NCBI RefSeq assembly: GCF_009914755.1
Contig: NC_060933.1
Direction: 5' to 3' (one strand)
Length of the DNA stretch: 64,000 nucleotides
Origin: the human T2T-CHM13v2.0 reference genome, Homo sapiens
A program made the position numbers and the translations under genes. Positions 54,601 to 64,000 of the stretch are shown piece by piece (position 1 is the first letter of the stretch; each line of letters opens with the position of its first letter). Below the pieces are notes generated by a model that saw only the letters and a list, made by a program, of their open reading frames with translations, was not told the origin of the DNA and did not search any database.

Positions 54601-55330
54601 TAGTTTCCATTCCATTCCATTCCCTTCCATTCCACTCTGGTTGATTCCATTCCTTTCCATTCCACTCGAATACATTCCCTCCTATTCCCCTCGGAATGAT
54701 TCCATTCCATTCCATTCCATTCCATTCCATTCCATTCCATTCCATGCCATTTCGTTCCATTCCATTCCATTCCGTATCATTCCATTCCATTCCATTCCAT
54801 TCCATTCCATTCCATTCCATTCAATTGTACTCCGGTTGATTCAATTCCATTGCATTCCATTCCATTCCATTCCACTCCATTCCGTTGCATTCCATTCCAT
54901 TACATTCGGATTGATTCTATTAAACTCCCTTACTCTCCATTACATTCCATTCCATTCGGGTTGTTCCATTCCATTCCATTCCATTCCACTCCATTCCATT
55001 GCACTCGGGTTGATTCCATTCCATTCCATTCCATTCCGGATGATTCCATTCCATTGCATTCCGTTCCATTACATTCTATTCCGTACCATTCCATTCCATT
55101 CCATACCATTCCATTCCATTCCATTCCATTCCATTCCATTCCATTCCATTCTATTCGGATTAATTCCATTCCATTCCATTCCATTCCATTCCATTCCATT
55201 CTATTCCATTCCATTGCAATCGAGTTGAATCCATTGCATTTCATTCCATTCCATTCCATTCCATTCCATTCCATTCCATTCCGGAAGATTCCATTCCATT
55301 GCATTCCATTCCATTCCATTCCCCTGCACT
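47550..55330 (+). repeat. ~3.4-kb tandem higher-order repeat, two copies; the first is expanded to 4257 bp by the 858-bp duplication
   Basis: ORFs 49984..50436 and 53383..53835 are identical (offset 3399). ORFs 47908/52165 and 48038/52295 are offset by 4257 = 3399+858. Private variants CCGTTCAATTGC (50414/53813), CCGGGTGATT (50963/54367) and CTATTAAACTCCC (51553/54917). Confidence 0.88.
48231..50020 (+). repeat. Near-perfect 858-bp tandem duplication
   Basis: Identical translated ORFs 48362..49039 and 49220..49897, 48268/49126 and 48349/49207, all offset by 858. The first mismatch I noticed at the right edge is at 50021. Confidence 0.92.
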
Positions 55331-58300
55331 CGAGGTGATTCCATTCCATTCCATTCCATTCAGTTCCATTCCATTCCATTCCATTCCTCTCCATTCCATT
55401 GCACTCGGGTTGATTCCATTCCATTGCATTCCATTCCATTCCATTCAATTCCATTCCGTTCCATTCCATTCCATTACATTCGGATTGATTCTATTCAACT
55501 CCCTTACTCTCCATTATATTCCATTCCATTCGGGTTGTTCCATTCCATTCCATTCCATTCCACTCCATTCCATTGCACTCGGGTTGATTCCATTCCATTC
55601 CATTCCATTCCATTCCATTCCATTCCATTCCGGAAGATTCCATTCCATTGCATTCCATTCCATTCCATTCCCCTGCACTCGCGTTGATTCCATTCCATTC
55701 CATTCCATTCCATTCCATTCCGTTCCGTTCCATTCCATTCCATTCCATTCCATTCCATTCCATTCCGTTCCGTTCCATTCCATTCCATTCCATTCTATTC
55801 GGGTTAATTCCATTCCATTCCATTCGATTGCAATCGAGTTGATTCCATTCCATTCCATTCCATTCCATTCCATTCCATTCCATTCCTTTCCATTCCATTA
55901 CGGATGATTCCATTCCATTGCATTCCATTCCATTCCATTCCCCTGTACTCGGGTTGATTCCATTCCATTTCATTCCAATCCATGCCATTCCACTCGTGTT
56001 GAATCCATTCTTTCCATTCCATTCAAGTTGAATCCATTCCATTGCATTCCATTCCATTCGATTCCATTCGATTGCACTCGGGTTGATTCCATTCCATTGC
56101 ATTCCATTCCATTCCATTGCATTCCATTCCATTCCATTCCATTCCATTGCATTCCATTCCATTCCATTCCATTCCATTCCATTCCATTCCATTACATTCG
56201 GATTGATTCTATTCAATTCCCTTACACTCCATTACATTCCATTCCATTCGGGTAGTTTCCATTCCATTCCATTCCATTCCTCTCCATTCCATTGCACTCA
56301 GGTTGATTCCATTCCATTGCATTCCATTCCATTCCAGTCAATTCCATTCCGTTCCATTCCATTCCATTACATTCGGATTGATTCTATTCAACTCCCTTAC
56401 TCTCCATTACATTCCATTCCATCGGGTTGTTCCATTCCATTCCATTCCATTCCACTCCATTCCATTGCACTCGGGTTGATTCCATTCTATTCCATTAAAT
56501 TCCATTCCATTCCATTCCATTCCGTTCCGGAAGATTCCATTCCACTGCATTCCATTCCATTCCATTCCCCTGCACTCGCGTTGATTCCATTCCATTCCAT
56601 TCTATTCCATTCCATTCCCTTCCTTTCCGTTCCATTCCATTCCATTCCATTCCATTCCAGTCCGTTCCGTTCCATTCCATTCAATTCCATTCTATTCGGG
56701 TTAATTCCATTCCATTCCATTCGATTGCAATCGAGTTGATTCCATTCCATTCCATTCCATTCCATTCTATTCCTTTCCATTCCATTACGGATGATTCCAT
56801 TCCATTGCATTCCATTCCGTTCCATTCCCCTGTACTCGGGTTGATTCCATTCCATTCCATTCCAATCCATGCCATTCCACTCGTGTTGATTCCATTCTTT
56901 CCCTTCCATTCAAGTTGAATCCATTCCATTGCATTCCATTCCATTCGATTCCATTCGATTGCACTCGGGTTGATTCCATTCCATTGCATTCTATTCCATT
57001 CCATTCCATTCCATTCCATTCCGTTCCATTCCATTCCATTACATTCGGATTGATGCTATTCAATTCCCTTACACTCCATTACATTCCATTCCATTCGGGT
57101 AGTTTCCATTCCATTCCATTCCATTCGTCTCCATTCCATTGAACTCAGGTTGATTCCATTCCATTGCATTCCATTCCATTCCATTCAATTCCATTCCGTT
57201 CCATTCCATTCCATTACATTCGGATTCATTCTATTCAACTCCCTTACTATCCATTACATTCCATTCCATTCGGGTTGTTCCATTCCATTCCATTCCATTC
57301 CATTCGACTCCATTCCATTGCACTCGGGTTGATTCCATTCCATTCCATTCCATTCCATTCCATTCCATTCCGGAAGATTCCATTCCATTGCATTCCATTC
57401 CATTCCATTCCCCTGGACTCGCGTTGATTCCATTCCATTCCATTCTATTCCATTCGATTCCCTTCCTTTTCGTTCCATTCCATTCCATTCCATTCCATTC
57501 CATTCTATTCGGGTTAATTCCATTCCATTCCATTCCATTCCATTACAATCGAGTTGATTCCATTCCATTCCATTCCATTCCAGTCTTTTCCATTCCATTC
57601 CTCTCGGGTTGATTCCATTCTATTAGTTTCCATTCCATTCCATTCCCTTCCATTCCACTCTGGTTGATTCCATTCCTTTCCATTCCACTCGAATACATTC
57701 CCTCCTATTCCACTCGGAACGATTCCATTCCATTCCATTCCATTCCATTCCATTCCATTCCATTCCATTTCGTTCCATTCCATTCTATTCCGTATCATTC
57801 CATTCCATTCCATTCCCTTCCATTCCATTCGATTCCATTCCATTCCATTGTACTCGGGTTGATTCAATTCCATTGCATTCCATTCCATTCCATTCCATTC
57901 CATTCCGTTGCATTCCATTCCATTACATTCGGATTGATTCTATTCAACTCCCTTACTCTCCATTACATTCCATTCCATTCGGGTTGTTCCATTCCATTCC
58001 ATTCCATTCCACTCCATTCCATTGCACTTGGGTTGATTCCATTCCATTCCATTCCATTCCATTCCATTCCATTCCATTGCGGATGATTCCATTCCATTGC
58101 ATTCCGTTCCATTACATTCCCCTGCACTCGCGTTGATTCCATTCCATTCCATTCCATTCCATTCAATTCCATTCCATTACAATTCGTTCCATTCCATTCT
58201 ATTCCGTACCATTCCATTCCGTTCCATACCATTCCATTCCATTCCATTCCATTCCGTTCCATTCCGTTCCATTACATTCCATTCCATTCTATTCGAATTA

Positions 58301-60599
58301 ATTCCATTCCATTCCATTCCATTCCATTCTATTCCATTCCATTGCAATCGAGTTGAACCCATTGCATTTCATTCCATTCCATTCCTTTCCATTCCATTCC
58401 GGAAGATTCCATTCCATTGCATTCCATTCCAATCCATTCCCCTGCACTCGAGTTGATTCCATTCCATTCCATTCCATTCCATTCCATTCCGTTCCGTTCC
58501 GTTCCATTCCATTCCATTCCATTCTATTCGGGTTAATTCCATTCCATTCCATTCGATTGCAATCGAGTTGATTCCATTCCATTCCATTCCATTCCATTCC
58601 ATTCCATTCCATTCCAATCGAGTTGATTGCATTCCATTCCATTCCATTCCATTCCACTCCATTCCAGTCCTTTCCATTCCATTCCACTCGGGTTGATTCC
58701 ATTCTATTCCTTTCCATTCCATTCCATTCCATTGCAATCGAGTTGATTCAATTGCTTTGCATTCCATTCCATTCCATTCCATTCCGGATGATTCCATTCC
58801 ATTGCATTCCATTCCATTCCATTCCCCTGCACTCGGGTTGATTCCATTCCATTCCACTCCATTCCGTTCCATTCCATTCCATTCCATTTTATTCGGGTTA
58901 ATTCCATTCCATGCCATTCCATTCCATTCCATTCCATTCTATTACAATCGAGTTGATTCCATTCCATTCCATTCCATTCCATTCCATTCCATTCCATTCC
59001 AGTCCTTTCCATTCCATTCCACTCGGGTTGATTCCATTCTATTAGTTTCCATTCCATTCCATTCCCTTCCATTCCACTCTGGTTGATTCCATTCCTTTCC
59101 ATTCCAATCGAATACATTCCCTCCTATTCCACTCGGATCGATTCCATTCCATTCCATTCCATTCCATTCCATTCCATTCCATTCCATTCCATTTCGTTCC
59201 ATTCCATTCTATTCCGTACCATTCCATTCCATTCCATTCCATTCCATTCCATTCCACTCTTGTTGATTCCATTCCTTTCCATTCCATTCGGTTTGAAGGC
59301 ATTCCATTCCATTCAATTCCATTCCATTCCATTCCATTCCATTCCATTCCATTCCATTGTACTCGGGTTGATTCCATTCCATTCCATTCCATTCCATTCC
59401 ATTCCATTCCTTTGCATTCCATTCCATTACATTCGGACTGATTCTATTCAACTCCCTTACTCTCCATTACATTCCATTCCATTCGGGTTGTTCCATTCCA
59501 TTCCATTCCATTCCACTCCATTCCATTGCACTCGGGTTGATTCCATTCCATTCCATTCCATACCATTCCATTCCATTCCATTCCATTCCATTCCGTTCCA
59601 TTCCGTTCCATTCCATTCCATTCCATTCTATTCGGGTTAATTCCATTCCATTCCATTCCATTCCATTCTATTCCATTCCATTGCAATCGAGTTGAATCCA
59701 TTGCATTTCATGCCATTCCATTCCATTCCATTCCATTCCGGAAGGTTCCATTCCATTGCATTCCATACAATTCCATTTCCCTGCACTCGCGTTGATTCCA
59801 TTCCATTCCATTCCATTCCATTCCATTCCATTCCGTTCCGTTCCGTTCCATTCCATTCTATTCCATTCCATTGCATTCCATTCCGTTCCGTTCCATTCCA
59901 TTCCATTCCATTCTATTTGGGTTAATTCCATTCCATTCCATTCGATTGCTATCGAGTTGATTCCATTCCATTCCATTCCATTCCATTCCATTCCATTCCA
60001 TTCCTTTCCATTACATTACGGATGATTCCATTCCATTGCATTCCATTCCATTCCATTCCCCTGTACTCGGGTTGATTCCATTCCATTCCATTCCAATCCA
60101 TGCCATTCCACTCGTATTGATTCCATTCTTTCCATTCCATTCAAGTTGAATCCATTCCATTGCATTCCATTCCATTCCATTCCATTCGATTGCACTCGGG
60201 TTGATTCCATTCCATTGTATTCCATTCCATTCCATTCCATTCCATTCCATTCCATTCCGTTCCATTCCATTCCATTACATTCGGATTGATTCTATTCAAT
60301 TCCCTTACACTCCATTACATTCCATTCCATTCGGGTAGTTTCCATTCCATTCCATTCCATTCCTCTCCATTCCATTGCACTCGAGGTTGATTCCATTCCA
60401 TTGCATTCCATTCGATACCATTCAATTCCATTCCGTTCCATTCCATTCCATTACATTCGGATTGATTCTATTCAACTCCCTTACTCTCCATTACATTCGA
60501 TTCCATTCGGGTTGTTCCATTCCATTCCATTCCATTCCTCTCCATTCCATTGCACTCGGGTTGATTCCATTCCATTCCATTCCATTCCGGAAGATTCCA

Positions 60600-63500
60600 T
60601 TCCATTGCATTCCATTAAATTCCATTCCCCTGTACTCGCGTTGATTCCATTCCATTCCATTCCATTCCTTTGCATTCCATTGCATTCCATTGCACTCCAT
60701 TCCCCTGCACTCAGGTTGATTCCATTCCATTCCATTCCATTCCATTCCATTCTATTCGCGTTAATTCCATTCCACTCCATTCCATTACATTCCATTGCAA
60801 TCGACTTGATTCCATTCCATTCCATTCCATTCCATTCCATTCCATTCCATTCCATTCCATTCCCTTCCATTCCACTCTGGTTGATTCCATTCCTTTCCAT
60901 TCTACTCGATTGCATTCCCTTCTATTCCACTCGGATTGATTCCATTCCATTCCGTTCCATTCCATTCCATTTCGTTCCATTCCATTCTATTCCATTCCAT
61001 TCCATTCCATTCCTTTCCATTCCATTCCGTTCCATTCCATTCCATTCCATTCCATTTGTTTCCATTCCATTCTATTCCATACCATTCCATTCCATTCCGT
61101 TCCATGCCATTCCACTCGGGTTGATTCCATTGCTTTCCATTCCATTTGGGTTGAATCCATTCCATTCCATTCCATTCCATTCCATTCCATTCCGTTCCAT
61201 TCCATTCCATTACATTCGTATTGATTGTATTCAATTCCCTTACACTCCATTACATTCCATTCCATTCGGGTTGTTTCCATTCCATTCCATTCCATTCCAC
61301 TCCATTCCATTGCAGTCGGGTTGATTCCATTCCATTCCATTCCATTCCCTTCCATTCCATTTCGTTCCATTCCATTCTATTCCATACCATTCCATTCCAT
61401 TCCATTCCATTCCATTCCATTCCATTCCATGCCATTCCACTCGGGTTGATTCCTTTCCATTCCATTCCATTCGGGTTGAAACCATTCCATTCCTTTCAAT
61501 TCCATTCCATTTCGGATGATTGCATTCCATTGCCTTCCATTCAATTGCATTCCCCTGCACCCGGGTTGATTCCATTCAATTCCATTCCATTCCATTCCGT
61601 TCCATTCCATTCCATACCATTCCATTCCATTCCATTCCATTCTATTTGGGTTAATTCCATTCCATTCCATTCCATTCCATTCAGTTTCATTGCAATCGGG
61701 TTGATTCGATTCCGTTCCATTCCATTGCATTCCATTCCATTCCATTCCATTCCATTCCATTCCATTCCATTCCATTCCATTCCATTCAACTCGGGTTGAT
61801 TCCATTCCTTTCCATTCCATTCGGGGTGAAGCCTTTCCATTCCATTCCATTCCTTTCGATTCCATTCCATTGCACTCGGGTTGATCCCATTCCTTTGCAT
61901 TCCATTCCATTCCATTCCATTCCATTCCATTCCGTTCCATTCAATTCCATTACATTCGGATTGATTCTATTCAATTCCCTTACAATCCATCACATTCCAT
62001 TCCATTCGGGTTGTTTCCATTCCTTTCCATTCCATTCAATTCCATTCCATTCCATTCCATTCCGTATGATTCCATTCCATTGCATTCTATTCCATTCCAT
62101 TCCCCTGCACTCGGGTGGATTCCATTCTATTCCATTCCATTCCATTCCATTCCATTCCATTGAAATCGAGTTGATTCCATTCCATTCCATTCCATTCAAT
62201 TCCATTCCATTCCATTCTATTCGGGTTAATTCCATTCCATTCCATTCCATTCCCTTCCATTCCATTCCATTCTATTCCATTCCATTCCATTCTATTAGGG
62301 TTAATTCCATTCCATTCCATTCCATTCCATTCCATTCCATTCCATTCCATTCCTTTGCAATCGAGTTTATTCCATTCCATTCCATTCCATTCCATTCCAT
62401 TCCATTCAATTCCATTGAACTCGGGTTGATTCCATTCCATTCCATGCCATTCCATTTCATTCCAATCCATTGCCTTCCATTCCATTCCATTCCTCTGCAC
62501 TCGGGTTGATTCCATTCCTTTCCATTCCATTCGATTCCATTCCATGCCATTCCACTCGGGTTGATTCCATTACTTTCCATTCCATTCGAGTTGAATCCAT
62601 TCCATTCGATTCCATTCCATTCGATTCCATTCCATTGCTCACGGGTTCATTCCATTCCATTCCATTCCATTCCATTCTATTCCATTTCATTCCATTTCGT
62701 TCCATTCCATTCTCTTCCGTACCATTCCATTCCATTCCATTCCACTCCATTCCATGCCATTCCACTCGGGTTTATTCCATTCCTTTCCATTCCATTCGGG
62801 TTGAATTCATTCCATTCCATTCCATTCCATTCCATTCCATTCCATTCCATTGCACTCGGGTTGATTCCATTCCATTCCATTCCATTCCACTCCATTCCAT
62901 TGCACTCGGGTTGATTCCATTCCTTTCCATTCCATTCCAGTTGAACCCATTCCATTCTATTCCATTCCATTCCATTCCATTCCATTCCATTCCATTCCTT
63001 TGCACACGGGTTCATTCCATTCCATTCCATTCCATTCCATTCCATTCCATTCCATTCCATTCCATTCCATTTCGTTCCATTCCATTCTATTCCTTACCAT
63101 TCCATTCCATTCCATTCCCTTCCATGCCATTTCACTCGGGTTTATTCCATTCCTTTCCATTCCATTCGGGTTGAATCCATTCCATTCCATTCCATTCCAT
63201 TCTATTCCATTCCATTCCATTCCATTCCATTGAACTCGGGTTGATTCCATTCCATTCCATGCCATTCCATTTCATTCCATTCCATTCCATTCCGTTCCAT
63301 TCCATTCCATTCCTTTCCGTTCAATTCCATTACATTCGGATTGATTCTTTTTAATTCCCTTACACTCCATTACATTCCATTCCATTCGGGTAGTTTCCAT
63401 TCCATTCCATTCCATTCCTCTGCATTCTATTGCACTCGGGTTGATTGATTCCATTCCATTGCATTCCATTCCATTTAGGATGATTCCATTCCATTGCATT

Positions 63501-64000
63501 CCATTCCATTCCATTCCCCTGCACTCGTGTTGATTCCATTCCTTTCCATTCCATTCCATTCCGTTCCATTCCATTCCATTACATTCGTACTGATTGTACT
63601 CAATTCCCTTACACTCCATTACTTTCCATTCCTTTCGGGTTGTTTCCATTCCATTACATTCCATTCTACTCCATTCCATTGCACTCAGGTTGATTCCATT
63701 CCATTCCATTCCATTCCATTCCATTTCGTTCCATTCCATTCTATTCCGTACCATTCCATTCCATTCCATTCCATTCCATGCCATTCCACTCAGGTTTATT
63801 ACATTCCTTTCCATTCCATTCGGGTTGAATCCATTCCATTCCATTCCATTCCATTCCATTCCATTCCATTCCATTCCATTCCTTTGCACTCGGGTTGATT
63901 CCATTCCATTCCCTGCCTTTCCATTTCATTCCATTCCATTCCATTCCATTCCATTCCATTCCATTCCGTTCCATTCCATTCCATTACATTCGGATTGATT
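60600..64000 (+). repeat. More diverged SatIII segment (transition to a different or older layer)
   Basis: The HSE, palindrome and CAAGTTG modules are lost, there are many singleton substitutions, and CACGGGTTCATT-type motifs reappear (62640, 63005). Confidence 0.7.

Larger units (their letters stand above)
1..64000 (+). repeat. Human-type Satellite III (HSat3) tandem array, (CATTC)n on + strand, uninterrupted and in a single orientation
   Basis: CATTC/ATTCC pentamer dominates every line. Interspersed ACTCGGGTTG/ATTCGGGTT decamers are the classical Satellite 3 variant. There are no GGAAT-oriented runs on + and no non-satellite insertions. Confidence 0.98.

Noticed and set aside
47550-55330. 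Assignment to Y-chromosome DYZ1 because of the ~3.4-kb period
   Set aside because: The period is local (two copies) and decomposes into 863+1703+833. The rest of the window lacks a regular 3.4-3.6 kb repeat.
60401-61324. Long plus-strand IPFHS-repeat ORFs (e.g. 307 aa here, 43690..44541)
   Set aside because: These are stop-free translations of (CATTC)n, many starting at TTG, with no evidence of coding function.
1-64000. CRISPR-like repeat/spacer pattern (conserved motifs separated by variable-length stretches)
   Set aside because: The intervening sequences are CATTC runs, not unique spacers, and there is no leader or cas gene.
1-64000. HSat2, alpha satellite or telomeric repeat
   Set aside because: There is no dense CATTCGATTC pattern typical of HSat2, no 171-bp alphoid monomer or CENP-B box, and no TTAGGG tract (only an isolated TTAGGG near 62295).
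1-64000. Transposon insertion or strand inversion breakpoint
   Set aside because: I saw no non-satellite sequence, poly(A) tail, target-site duplication or switch to (GGAAT)n on the + strand.

Overview
The entire 64 kb window is one uninterrupted, single-orientation array of human-type Satellite III (HSat3): (CATTC)n on +, (GGAAT)n on -, punctuated by the classic ACTCGGGTTG-type variant decamers. I see no genes, RNA genes, CRISPR, Alu/L1 insertions or strand inversions. All listed ORFs (MEWNG... / IPFHS...) are artefacts of a stop-free pentamer. Reading the variant motifs reveals hidden structure. There is a cryptic ~830-900 bp unit with an ordered motif grammar and a ~1.7 kb longer form. Nested recent duplications occur at offsets of 40, 75, 190, 250, 858, 2485, 3048, 3399, ~4070, ~5470 and ~9.3-10 kb, with paralogs ~49-52 kb apart. 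Two divergent sub-domains lie at ~15.6-25.6 kb and ~60.6-64 kb. The most functionally suggestive signal is about 40 perfect three-pentamer heat shock elements (nTTCnnGAAnnTTCn), usually one per ~850 bp unit, plus a recurring perfect 14-bp palindrome. A chr9q12-like origin is suggested from recalled probe sequences but is unverified. All counts are manual and approximate.
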